From Candidatus Omnitrophota bacterium (GTDB lineage: Bacteria > Omnitrophota > Gorgyraeia > Zapsychrales > JANLHA01): DNA of 64,000 bases. The stretch lies in contig JACKFJ010000007.1 in assembly GCA_020632535.1 (NCBI GenBank), forward strand, positions 13,749-77,748, read 5' to 3'. The notes beneath the pieces are model-generated. The model saw only the letters and a list, made by a program, of their open reading frames with translations. It searched no databases and had not been told where the DNA came from. This document shows, piece after piece, positions 45,857 through 54,670 of the stretch. Both the position numbers and the translations under genes were made by a program. Every line of letters begins with the position of its first letter. The first letter of the stretch is position 1.

Positions 45857-46822
45857 ATGCGCGGCATGGCTATTTTGACTGGAAACTCTAACCCTGAGTT
45901 AGCGCGTGAAATCGCTGAGCAATTGAGTCTCTCGTTAACGGATGTTTTGGTTGGGCGCTTTAGTGAAGGCGAAATTCGTGTTCAGATCAAAGAAAATATC
46001 CGCGGCCGCGACGTTTTTATTGTTCAGCCGACATGCCCTCCGACGAATGATAATTTGATGGAACTTTTGATTATGATGGACGCGGCTCGACGTGCTTCCG
46101 CGCAGCGCATTACAACGGTTATCCCGTATTTTGGATATGCTCGTCAGGATCGTAAAGATCAGTCGCGTGTTCCAATTACCGCGAAGTTGGTGGCGAATTT
46201 GATTTGTGCCGCCGGCGCGAATCGTGTTTTGGCAATGGATTTGCATGCTAGCCAAATTCAAGGGTTTTTTGATATTCCTGTTGATCATCTTTACGCGATC
46301 AATGTTTTGTGTGATTACATCAGCAGTAAAGGGATCGATTCGAAAGACATTGTCGTTGTTACGTCTGATGTGGGCGGGGTTAAAATGGCGCGAGCGTATG
46401 CCAAACGTTTGGGCGCAGAATTGGCTGTTGTTGACAAGCGTCGCAAAGGTCCCGAAACAACAGAAGTTATGCATATTTTAGGTGAGGTTCAGGGAAAGAT
46501 TGCCGTTATCGTTGACGATATTGTTGCAACGGCCGGGTCTCTTGTGGACGCGGCTGAGGCTTTGGGACGCAATGGTGTTAAGGAAGTTTATGCGGCGGTC
46601 AGTCACGGGATTCTTTCTGGTACGGCCTTAGAAAAAGTTCAAAAATGTAAAATGATTAAAGAGCTTGTGATTACCAACAGTATTCCGTTTGATCGTCAAG
46701 TACAATGTCCGAAGGTCAAAGTTGTTTCCGTGGCTCAACTTTTAGCAGATGCCATAAAGCGTATTCACGCCGAGGAATCGGTCAGTATATTATTTGAAGA
46801 AACACAGAATCAGATGAAGTAA
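45857..46822 (+). CDS. prs: ribose-phosphate pyrophosphokinase
   Basis: FSEGEIRVQI, GYARQDRK, and the PRPP loop VIVDDIVATAGS. Confidence 0.95.
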   Translation: MRGMAILTGNSNPELAREIAEQLSLSLTDVLVGRFSEGEIRVQIKENIRGRDVFIVQPTCPPTNDNLMELLIMMDAARRASAQRITTVIPYFGYARQDRKDQSRVPITAKLVANLICAAGANRVLAMDLHASQIQGFFDIPVDHLYAINVLCDYISSKGIDSKDIVVVTSDVGGVKMARAYAKRLGAELAVVDKRRKGPETTEVMHILGEVQGKIAVIVDDIVATAGSLVDAAEALGRNGVKEVYAAVSHGILSGTALEKVQKCKMIKELVITNSIPFDRQVQCPKVKVVSVAQLLADAIKRIHAEESVSILFEETQNQMK

Positions 46823-46924
46823 AAAAAGTAAAACGTCTAACGCAGCCAGCACTTAGTGAGCAGGCAATCTCCGGGCGGCGTTTCACCAGGAAAACCAACA
46901 ACAAGAAAAGGCAGGTATTGAGAA

Positions 46925-47635
46925 ATGGAACAAGTTGATTTAGATGTCCAGATCCGTGAAGAGGTCGGGACCGCGAAAGCAAAGGCTATTCGTCGAGAAA
47001 ATTTTGTGCCGGGTATTGTTTATGGCAGTAAAAAGCCGCCTACGGCAGTTAAGGTCAGTCGCAAAGCGTATGAGCGTATTCGCCGTGAGCATCATGGTGA
47101 AAACGTCATTTTTCATATCAGTGTTTTTAATGGTGACAAAAAACTGCGTGATTATTCCGCGATTGTGAAAGAAGAACAACATCATCCCGTCAGCGATCAA
47201 GTACTGCATATCGATTTTAACCGTATCTCATTAACTGATAAAATTACTGTCAATGTCGGTATTACGGCAGTGGGCGAAGCGGTTGGTGTCAAGCGCGATG
47301 GTGGGTCTTTAGAGCACGTGCTTTGGGAATTGGACGTTGTGTGTTTGCCGACGCAGATTCCGCATCATTTGCAAGCGGATGTCAGCAAATTAGAAATTGG
47401 TGATAGTATTCATGTTCGGGAAATTGTTCTTCCCGAAGGCGTAATTACAAAGCATGATCTTGATGCGATTGTATTTACTGTTGTTCCGCCGATGAAGGAA
47501 GAACTTCCGACAGATGCGCCTCCAGCTGAACTCGAAGTGATTAAAGAAAAGAAAGATAAGGAGCCGGCCGCTGATAAAAAAGATGGCGCTGCGCCTGCTG
47601 CGGGTGATAAAAAGGTTGATGATAAGAAAAAATAA
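46925..47635 (+). CDS. rplY: 50S ribosomal protein L25 / general stress protein Ctc
   Basis: RRENFVPGIVYG, the HPV...LHIDF core, and a long K/A/P-rich C-terminal tail. Confidence 0.9.
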   Translation: MEQVDLDVQIREEVGTAKAKAIRRENFVPGIVYGSKKPPTAVKVSRKAYERIRREHHGENVIFHISVFNGDKKLRDYSAIVKEEQHHPVSDQVLHIDFNRISLTDKITVNVGITAVGEAVGVKRDGGSLEHVLWELDVVCLPTQIPHHLQADVSKLEIGDSIHVREIVLPEGVITKHDLDAIVFTVVPPMKEELPTDAPPAELEVIKEKKDKEPAADKKDGAAPAAGDKKVDDKKK

Positions 47636-47645
47636 GGGTGGTTTA

Positions 47646-48230
47646 ATGTCGGATAAGCGATTGATTGTGGGTCTGGGGAATCCCGGATCTGAATATGAGT
47701 GGACCCGACATAATATGGGTTTTTTGACCGTAACTCGATTAGCGCAAGATTTGGGTTTACGTTTAAGAAAATCCACGTCTGTCAAAGGTATATGGGCGGA
47801 AGGTCGCTTAGAAAACAGTGAAGTTGTTTTGCTTTTGCCGCATTCATTTATGAATAATTCCGGCATGGTTGTCAAGCAAGCTGTCACGGCGAAAAAAATT
47901 GATCCTGAAAATGTTTTGATCGTTTGTGATGATTTTAGTTTGGCCTTTGGTCAGATTCGCCTGCGTGAGCAGGGGAGTGATGGAGGGCATAATGGTCTTA
48001 CATCGATTATTGAGCAATTAGGGACCAAGAAGTTTAGTCGGCTGCGTTTAGGGATTGGGCCGATTCCGCCGCATAAAAATACGGTGGATTTTGTTCTCGA
48101 GGATTTTCGTCTTGACGAAAAAAGAAAGTTGCCGGATTTTTTGACCGCGGCCGCGGATTGTTGCCGTGCGTGGACGAGCGAACTGCTTTCTACGGTCATG
48201 AGCCGGTATAATCAGAAATTATTGACATAA
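47646..48230 (+). CDS. pth: peptidyl-tRNA hydrolase
   Basis: LIVGLGNPG..Y..TRHNMGF and GSDGGHNGL motifs. Start moved to Met22 of track ORF 47583..48230. Confidence 0.95.
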   Translation: MSDKRLIVGLGNPGSEYEWTRHNMGFLTVTRLAQDLGLRLRKSTSVKGIWAEGRLENSEVVLLLPHSFMNNSGMVVKQAVTAKKIDPENVLIVCDDFSLAFGQIRLREQGSDGGHNGLTSIIEQLGTKKFSRLRLGIGPIPPHKNTVDFVLEDFRLDEKRKLPDFLTAAADCCRAWTSELLSTVMSRYNQKLLT

Positions 48231-48261
48231 TTTTTATTTAACTCAAGTTAATGGAGGAAAC

Positions 48262-48552
48262 ATGAACAAGTACGAATTAGCGGTTGTCGTGGATGCAGCA
48301 TTGCCGCAGGAACAGAAAGACAGCATTGTTAAGGAAGCCAGTGAAGCGATTACCAAATCTGGTGCGAAATTGATTAACAGCCAAGTTTGGATCGAAAAGC
48401 ACAAATTCAGTTTTCGCATGAACAAGTGCTGGGAAGGGACTTATTATTTGTTAAATTTAGAAAGCCCGACGTCAGCTGTTTTGCCTTTACAAAAGATTCT
48501 GCGCGTCAATGAGCGTATTTTGCGCTTCTTGATGGTTCGCGCCGCGGCATAA
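48262..48552 (+). CDS. rpsF: 30S ribosomal protein S6
   Basis: MNKYELAVVV...W.EK.KFSFRMNK...GTYYLLN... pattern; GGAGGA SD. Confidence 0.9.
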   Translation: MNKYELAVVVDAALPQEQKDSIVKEASEAITKSGAKLINSQVWIEKHKFSFRMNKCWEGTYYLLNLESPTSAVLPLQKILRVNERILRFLMVRAAA

Positions 48553-48616
48553 ATTTGGTATTGTTAATTATTGTTCTTTAATTCATAGATATCATTTAAA
48601 ACATGTGAGGCAATTT

Positions 48617-49081
48617 ATGGCTAATCTTAATAAAGTTTTTCTTATTGGAAATTTGACTCGTGCTCCGGAGTTGCGTTATACCCCCGCGAGTGTCGCGGTC
48701 GCGAATTTGGGTTTAGCGGTTAATCGTCGGTTTCGTGATAAGAATGGTGAGTTTAAAGAGGATGTTTGTTTTTTAACGGTTACGGTTTGGGACAAACAGG
48801 CTGAGGCGTGTTGCCAGTTTTTACAAAAGGGCAGTCCGATTTTTGTCGAAGGTGTTTTGCAATCTCGTTCGTGGGAAACTACCGACGGACAAAAGCGCAG
48901 CACCATTGATGTTCGCGCAGAACGTATTCAGTTTTTGGGCAAATTCGCGACCGATTCTAAAATGGACAAGATTGACGGCATTTCCGCGGGTTCGGAAAGT
49001 CAAGGCGAAAGCGCTGCCGCGGCCAATAATGGGCCACTCGGGGACACTGTTAACCCCATGGATATTGCTTGGGACGAATAA
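48617..49081 (+). CDS. ssb: single-stranded DNA-binding protein
   Basis: MANLNKVFLIGNLTRAPELRYTP OB-fold N-terminus and an acidic C-terminal tip DIAWDE. ATG at 48617; the track start at 48605 is a GTG. Confidence 0.95.
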   Translation: MANLNKVFLIGNLTRAPELRYTPASVAVANLGLAVNRRFRDKNGEFKEDVCFLTVTVWDKQAEACCQFLQKGSPIFVEGVLQSRSWETTDGQKRSTIDVRAERIQFLGKFATDSKMDKIDGISAGSESQGESAAAANNGPLGDTVNPMDIAWDE

Positions 49082-49090
49082 TAAAATTTA

Positions 49091-49183
49091 AAGTGCCTAG
49101 AATTGGTTGCGAGGCTGCAGACAATTCGGGATTAATTCGTGCGGCTGACTTGACGTCGTTTTTGGCGCCATAAGTCAGGCACT
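49091..49183 (+). promoter_or_regulatory. possible structured 5' leader of rpsR
   Basis: Nested inverted repeats: AGTGCCT (49092-49098) / AGGCACT (49177-49183), GAATTG / CAATTC (49101-49127), TGACTT / AAGTCA (49147-49177). The element ends 7 nt before the AGGAGG SD. Confidence 0.3.
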
Positions 49184-49201
49184 CATTTAAGGAGGATCAA
49201 A

Positions 49202-49567
49202 TTGGAAAATCGAGGAAAACCTAGATCATCGTCATCATCGAAATCATCGACGAGATCATCATCGGCAGCTTATAAGGGCAGAAATGCCAGTAGCAGTGAC
49301 AGCAGATCTGACAGTCCGCGTGGTGGTGGCCGTGGTAGCGATAGACCGCGTTTTCGCAAGAATATCGCAAAGTTTATTTTGCCCAAGGACATCAAGATTG
49401 ATTATAAGAATCTTCCCCTTTTGCAGCGTTATACAACGGAACGCGGGAAAATTGTTCCTCGTCGTATTTCGGGGATCACGGCTACAGAACAACGCGATAT
49501 GGCGATTGCGATCAAGTATGCTCGTTATTTGGGACTTTTGTCGGTCGGTAGTTCGAAGAAACATTAA
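49202..49567 (+). CDS. rpsR: 30S ribosomal protein S18 with a Ser/Arg-rich N-terminal extension
   Basis: TTG start 6 nt after an AGGAGG SD. The core reads [47 protein letters not shown]. The first roughly 50 aa are low-complexity S/R/G. Confidence 0.85.
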   Translation: MENRGKPRSSSSSKSSTRSSSAAYKGRNASSSDSRSDSPRGGGRGSDRPRFRKNIAKFILPKDIKIDYKNLPLLQRYTTERGKIVPRRISGITATEQRDMAIAIKYARYLGLLSVGSSKKH

Positions 49568-49575
49568 AACATCAT

Positions 49576-49647
49576 TCATTGCGAGGAGTCCCTTATGGGA
49601 CGATGAAGCAATCTTGAATAGATTGCCGCGCCCTACGGGCTCGCAAT
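49576..49647 (+). repeat. cloverleaf-like palindromic element between rpsR and rplI
   Basis: Outer 9-bp stem CATTGCGAG (49576-49584) / CTCGCAATG (49639-49647) enclosing three hairpins: GTCCC-TTAT-GGGAC, GCAATCT-TGAAT-AGATTGC and (G)CCC-TAC-GGG(C). Confidence 0.6.
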
Positions 49648-49669
49648 GGTTCAAACGGAGGCTATATTA

Positions 49670-50113
49670 ATGGAAGTAATTCTTTGTCAGCAAGTTCCCA
49701 AGGTTGGGAAAATTGGTGATGTGGTCAAGGTCAAGGATGGTTTTGCTCGGAATTTTTTGCTTCCGAACAAACTTGCCTGTCCAGCCACACCAGCCAACAA
49801 GCGTCGTGTCGAGCACGAAAAAGCGACACGTATGAAAGAATACGAAGCATCCAAGCAACAAGCGCAAGAATTAGCAGATAAAATTTCAAAAGTTTCCTGC
49901 ACGGTAACAGTTGAAGTCAATGATCTTGATAAGCTGTACGGTTCGGTTTCCGAAATCGATATCGCTAAAGCTCTTGAAGTCGAAGGGTTGACGATTGATC
50001 GTAAGATTATTGAACTTGAAAAACCAATCGATGAATTAGGTATTTTTGAGGTTGGGGTTAAACTTCATCCAGAAGTAATTGCCAAAGTCCGTGTATGGGT
50101 GGCCAAGAAATAA
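49670..50113 (+). CDS. rplI: 50S ribosomal protein L9
   Basis: MEVILCQQVPKVGKIGDVVKVKDGFARNFLLP N-domain. ATG at 49670 after a GGAGG SD; the track start at 49646 lies inside the palindromic element. Confidence 0.9.
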   Translation: MEVILCQQVPKVGKIGDVVKVKDGFARNFLLPNKLACPATPANKRRVEHEKATRMKEYEASKQQAQELADKISKVSCTVTVEVNDLDKLYGSVSEIDIAKALEVEGLTIDRKIIELEKPIDELGIFEVGVKLHPEVIAKVRVWVAKK

Positions 50114-51426
50114 AACTTCCACCGCAGAATCTGGAGGCGGAGAAATCCGTTCTCGGAGCCATTCTTATTGACGAAGAGGCTATAGGTCTCTGTGTCGAAA
50201 TTCTCAATGCCGCATGGTTTTATGAAGAACGTCATCGCCGGATTTATTCCGCGATTGTCGATCTTTATAATAATCGCAAAAATGTTGATCTGATCACGCT
50301 TTCTGAAAGGCTTAAGAGTGATGGGCAGCTTGAGTCTATCGGCGGGCAGATGTATCTTTCGCAATTGATCGACCTTGTTCCAACAGCCGCCAACGTCGAG
50401 CATTATGCCAATATCGTTAAGGAAAAAGGCATATTGCGTATGCTCATTTCAAACGCGACCAAGATTGTTCACGAAGCGTATGAGTCCAAGAATGATGTTT
50501 CGGAAGTTGTTGATACCGCGGAAAAACTGATTTTTGAAATTTCGGATTTGAAGCATCGTCAGAATTCCGTTCATATCAAAGAGCTGGTAAAAACTACCAT
50601 TGAAAAAATTGATACGCTTTATCAGCGTAAAGAACATATCACGGGTTTGGCGACGGGTTTTGCGGATTTTGATCGGATGACGTCCGGATTGCAGCCGTCG
50701 GATTTGGTCATTGTCGCCGGACGCCCATCGATGGGAAAAAGTGCTTTGGCCTCGTCAATTTTGGAACACGTCGGTATTGATTTGAAAAAACCAGTCGCTT
50801 TTTTTAGTCTCGAAATGTCAAAGGAACAATTGGTTCAGCGTATGCTGTGTTCTCAGGCTCGGGTCGATGCGCATAAAGTCCGTTCTGGGTATCTTTCTCC
50901 GTCCGATTGGCCCAAATTAACGTCCGCGGCCGGACGTCTATCATCATCGACAATTTTTATTGATGATACACCCGCGATTTCCGCGATTGAATTGCGAGCC
51001 AAGGCGCGCCGTCTTAAATCACATAATGATATTCAATTGATTGTTTTGGATTATCTTCAGCTGATGCGTGGAAATACTAAGACCGATAATCGTCAGCAGG
51101 AAATTTCCGAAATTTCACGATCGATTAAGGCTTTAGCGCGCGAGCTAAATATTCCGATTATTGCCTTAAGTCAGCTTTCCCGCGCGGTAGAAAGTCGGCA
51201 GGATCATCGGCCGATGCTTTCGGACTTGCGTGAATCTGGCGCCATTGAGCAGGACGCTGACGTGGTTGTTTTGATGATGCGTGAAGAGTATTATAATCCT
51301 ACGGAAGAAAACCGCGGGGTCGCCGAAATCAATATTGCCAAGCAGCGTAATGGTCCGGTTGGTACGTTAAAGCTGGCCTTTATTAAAGAGTACATGCGTT
51401 TCGAAAATCTTGCACATCAAAATTGA
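50095..51426 (+). CDS. dnaB: replicative DNA helicase DnaB
   Basis: PPQNLEAEKSVLGAIL, Walker A GRPSMGKSA, VLDYLQLM, and SQLSRAVESR...LSDLRESGAIEQDADVV. Confidence 0.95.
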   Translation: MGGQEIKLPPQNLEAEKSVLGAILIDEEAIGLCVEILNAAWFYEERHRRIYSAIVDLYNNRKNVDLITLSERLKSDGQLESIGGQMYLSQLIDLVPTAANVEHYANIVKEKGILRMLISNATKIVHEAYESKNDVSEVVDTAEKLIFEISDLKHRQNSVHIKELVKTTIEKIDTLYQRKEHITGLATGFADFDRMTSGLQPSDLVIVAGRPSMGKSALASSILEHVGIDLKKPVAFFSLEMSKEQLVQRMLCSQARVDAHKVRSGYLSPSDWPKLTSAAGRLSSSTIFIDDTPAISAIELRAKARRLKSHNDIQLIVLDYLQLMRGNTKTDNRQQEISEISRSIKALARELNIPIIALSQLSRAVESRQDHRPMLSDLRESGAIEQDADVVVLMMREEYYNPTEENRGVAEINIAKQRNGPVGTLKLAFIKEYMRFENLAHQN

Positions 51427-51451
51427 CAATATCTTCCCCAGTACCTATAAT
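51423..51451 (+). promoter_or_regulatory. consensus sigma70 promoter overlapping the dnaB stop, immediately upstream of bamA
   Basis: TTGACA (51423-51428), an exactly 17-nt spacer, then TATAAT (51446-51451). In-frame ATGs at 51453 and 51459; no SD. Confidence 0.5.
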
Positions 51452-51458
51452 CATGGTC

Positions 51459-53933
51459 ATGCAAAAATCTCTTGTTGTATCTTTATTTATATTAAGCACT
51501 TTAGTCTGTGCTCAAAATATTTCCGCCCAAGAAAATTCTCCTGAACAAATATCTACACTTTCTGTTAATGCTGAGGTTGGGAAAGAACAGCCTTTGAAAG
51601 ATGCTGTGTCTGAGGCTGTTGTTAATAGCGAAGCGATACCTGCCGACCCTGTTGTGCTAGCTGCGGCTCCTGTTAAAGCATCAGCTCCGGTTGAAGTCGA
51701 AACCGCTGCTGTGATTAGAAAAGACGTGAAAAGTGTTGAGGTAAAAGGTAATAAGAGTATTGGGCTTGCCGCTGTTCTGGCAAAAATCAAGACGCGTGTG
51801 GGGCAGGATTACAATCAGGCGATGATCAGTGATGATTTAAAGCGCTTGTACAATACAGGCTATTTTGCTGATGTCAGCGTAGATCGTCAGGATATGGATG
51901 GCGGTTATAAAGTTATTTTTATTGTTGTGGAAAAGGCGATTGTTGAAAAAATCACATTTACGAAATTAAAGTTTTTGAATTCCAAAGCGATTTTAAGCAA
52001 GATCAAAACTGCTAAAGGTAAATTTCTTGATAATAAAACGTTGAATGATGATATTCGTACTATCGAGGAGCTTTACGCTAAAAAAGGTTTGACACAGGCT
52101 AAGGTCAGTGTTGAGACGCAGGCGGATATCATTAATAATAAAGTCAACGTGCATTTTGTTATTAAGGAAGGTCATAAAGTCAAAATTAAGAATATCCTTG
52201 TGGATGGGAATACCACTTTTAAACGCGGACGTATTCTTAAAATTATCAAGAGCCGTTATAAGTGGTTATTTAATTCCGGTTTTTTGAAAACCGAGGTTGT
52301 TGATGAGGATATGGAACGGATTAAGTCTTTTTATGAAAAAGAAGGTTTTATTGACGCGACGGCTACGTATGATATTGAAGAGATCAATGATTCGGCGCGA
52401 CTCGTTAAGATTCACATTCATGAAGGTCAGAGGTACTATGTCGAACAGGTTACAATTGTCGGGAATTCGATTATTGATACGGATAAAATTGCTGCCGCAA
52501 TGAAGGAAATCAAAGAAAAAGGTATTTTTAGCCGCGATAAACTTACGGTGGATATTTCCAATATTCGATCATTGTATTTTGATGAAGGTTATATTTTTGT
52601 CGATGTGCGCGAAAGTACGTCCTTAAATAGCCAGACGGGGAAAGTTGATGTGCGTCTGGAAATTACGGAAGGTGAATTAGCGTATATTAATCAGGTTAAA
52701 ATTCAGGGTAATGATCGTACTCGCGACATTGTTATTCGTCGTGAGCTTAAGCTTTATCCGGGAGATCGTTTTGATGGCAGTAAGTTGCGCCGCAGTAAAG
52801 AACGTTTGCGTAATTTGGGTTACTTTGAAGATGTCAATTATGACATTGAAGACACGGATAGTCCGACGAAAAAGAATCTTGTTGTTTTGGTCAAAGAGGC
52901 GAAGACGGGTTCATTTTCATTTGGCGCGGGTTATAGCACGGTTGACCAGTTTGTTGGGTTTGCGGAAATTGAACAGAAAAATTTTGATTTCGCGAATTGG
53001 CCGAGCTTTACCGGCGCCGGTCAGAATTTGTCGGTGCGCTTGGAATCCGGTTCGACACGAAGCAATACGCGTTTAAGTTTTACCGAACCTTGGCTTTTTG
53101 ATTATCCTATTTCCGCTGGTTTTGATGCGTATATTACGAAACATGATAAAGAACAAAGTGTCGGTTACGGTTATAATGAAAAACGCGTCGGTGGAAATAT
53201 TCGGCTTGGCCGCCGTTTTGGTGAATATTCGAACGGTGGAGTTTCGTATCGTCGAGAAAATATTGAAATTGATGATTTTGATGATGATGTTTCCGCGGAT
53301 TTAAAGGCGGAAGAGGGCAGCAATACATTAAGCTTGATTGGCTTTTCTCTATCGCGTGACACGCGCGACAGTTCATTTGCTCCGACAAAGGGTCTTTATT
53401 TAAGTGGTGGCGTTGATTTCGCGGGCGGCCTTTTGGGTGGGACAAAAGATTTTTGGCGATTGTCGACACGTAACAGTTATAATATTCCTTTTAAATTTGA
53501 TTCGACATTAGAATTTCGTATTCGCGCCGGTATTCAGGACGCGTATGGCGATTCAGACAAAGTCCCGATTTTTGAGCGTTTTTACGCGGGTGGTGAGCGC
53601 ACAATTCGTGGGTATGATGAACGCGCCGTCGGGCCTGTTGATCGGACTACGAAAGACCCTATCGGTGGCGAAAGCATGCTTGTCGGGAATGTTGAGTACA
53701 CGATTCCGGTTATTGCTTTTGTGAAATTAGCCACGTTTGTTGATATGGGTAATGTGTGGGGCAAATTGTCGGACTTTGGTTCTGGTGGTTATAAGACCGG
53801 CGCGGGTTTTGGTTTGCGTGTCAAGACGCCCATTGGTCCGGTCAATTTGGATTATGGTTTTCCATTTGATTCTGTTCCTGGGTCTGAAAAAAAATCCGGC
53901 AAGTTTTATTTTAGTGTCAGTCGCGGGTTTTAA
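51459..53933 (+). CDS. bamA: outer membrane protein assembly factor BamA
   Basis: Signal peptide MQKSLVVSLFILSTLVCAQNISAQ, five POTRA-like repeats (VKGNKSI..., KITFTKLKF..., IKNILVDGNT..., VEQVTIVGNS..., INQVKIQGN) and a C-terminal beta-barrel ending FYFSVSRGF. The start could be 51453 or 51459; the track gives a TTG at 51423. Confidence 0.9.
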   Translation: MQKSLVVSLFILSTLVCAQNISAQENSPEQISTLSVNAEVGKEQPLKDAVSEAVVNSEAIPADPVVLAAAPVKASAPVEVETAAVIRKDVKSVEVKGNKSIGLAAVLAKIKTRVGQDYNQAMISDDLKRLYNTGYFADVSVDRQDMDGGYKVIFIVVEKAIVEKITFTKLKFLNSKAILSKIKTAKGKFLDNKTLNDDIRTIEELYAKKGLTQAKVSVETQADIINNKVNVHFVIKEGHKVKIKNILVDGNTTFKRGRILKIIKSRYKWLFNSGFLKTEVVDEDMERIKSFYEKEGFIDATATYDIEEINDSARLVKIHIHEGQRYYVEQVTIVGNSIIDTDKIAAAMKEIKEKGIFSRDKLTVDISNIRSLYFDEGYIFVDVRESTSLNSQTGKVDVRLEITEGELAYINQVKIQGNDRTRDIVIRRELKLYPGDRFDGSKLRRSKERLRNLGYFEDVNYDIEDTDSPTKKNLVVLVKEAKTGSFSFGAGYSTVDQFVGFAEIEQKNFDFANWPSFTGAGQNLSVRLESGSTRSNTRLSFTEPWLFDYPISAGFDAYITKHDKEQSVGYGYNEKRVGGNIRLGRRFGEYSNGGVSYRRENIEIDDFDDDVSADLKAEEGSNTLSLIGFSLSRDTRDSSFAPTKGLYLSGGVDFAGGLLGGTKDFWRLSTRNSYNIPFKFDSTLEFRIRAGIQDAYGDSDKVPIFERFYAGGERTIRGYDERAVGPVDRTTKDPIGGESMLVGNVEYTIPVIAFVKLATFVDMGNVWGKLSDFGSGGYKTGAGFGLRVKTPIGPVNLDYGFPFDSVPGSEKKSGKFYFSVSRGF

Positions 53934-53981
53934 TCTCGTAATAATTTGGATATAACAATGAATAAAACAAGGAGGAAGGTC

Positions 53982-54500
53982 GTGAAGAATCTTAAAGTGG
54001 GTGTTTTAACTGCGGTGTTTGCTTTTGTTTTTTGCGCCGGTGCTTACGCGCAGGGCGCGCAATTAAAGAAAATCGGCATTATGGATTTGAGCAAAGTTTT
54101 TGATAATTATCAAAGAACCAAGGATTATGATGCTGTTCTCGAGGGCAAAACAAAGGATTACGAAAAAACCCGTAATGAAAAGATTGATAAAATCAAAGAG
54201 CTCCAAAATAAGATGGCGCTTTTGAAGGAAAATGAAAAGGAAAAAGTATCTAAGGATATCGATAGTATGCGCAGTGATTTAGCTTCGTTTGATCAGGCGC
54301 AGCAGACGGATTTGCGCAAACAGCGTGACGAAAAGATTCGTGAAATTTTACTCGAAATCGAAAAAGTCACCAGTGATTTTGCAAAGAAAGAAAAATACGA
54401 CATCATCTTTAACGATCGCGTTCTCGTCTATGGCGCCGAGGGCATGGATGTCTCATCGCAAGTGCTTGAAATTTTGAACACGAATTTTAAAAAGAAGTAA
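53982..54500 (+). CDS. skp: OmpH/Skp periplasmic chaperone
   Basis: GTG at 53982, 6 nt after a GGAGG SD, gives the signal peptide MKNLKVGVLTAVFAFVFCAGAYAQ. The rest is K/E-rich coiled arms typical of Skp. Confidence 0.8.
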   Translation: MKNLKVGVLTAVFAFVFCAGAYAQGAQLKKIGIMDLSKVFDNYQRTKDYDAVLEGKTKDYEKTRNEKIDKIKELQNKMALLKENEKEKVSKDIDSMRSDLASFDQAQQTDLRKQRDEKIREILLEIEKVTSDFAKKEKYDIIFNDRVLVYGAEGMDVSSQVLEILNTNFKKK

Positions 54501-54670
54501 AACAAACGTTTGTCATCGTATCAAGAGTATTGGGAAGGTTGCCGTAAAATTTAAAACGGTCAGCTTTCCCAATATCCTTGTTTGAGTGGTGAATTGTTTT
54601 GATTTGTGATTGAGTGCGGATTGTCCCGTCGGCCATTGGCCTTGTTGCAATGGAATAATGAGTTAAAAAA

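Noticed and set aside
45935-46474. 179-aa ORF on the minus strand inside prs. Similar long antisense ORFs occur at 31051-31512, 55085-55587, 56652-57023, 59785-60231, 63542-63913, 3795-4118 and 6416-6757.
   Set aside because: Each lies entirely antisense to a gene with strong, recognisable conserved motifs. They have no SD and show skewed low-complexity composition (R/N/I/F-rich) typical of shadow ORFs.
49259-49670. Two roughly 130-aa ORFs (49284-49670 on + and 49259-49654 on -) spanning rpsR and the downstream spacer.
   Set aside because: They are alternate or antisense frames of the well-supported S18 gene. Their ends are created by the palindromic spacer element.
54501-54670. 170-nt skp-lpxD spacer with an imperfect hairpin (ATTGGGAAG...CTTTCCCAAT around CCGT-N10-ACGG), considered as an ncRNA or terminator. 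The overlapping minus-strand ORF 54487-54888 was also considered.
   Set aside because: The hairpin has a bulge and no T-run, and I recognise no known RNA family. The minus ORF is antisense to lpxD and lacks an SD. I note it only as a possible weak attenuator.
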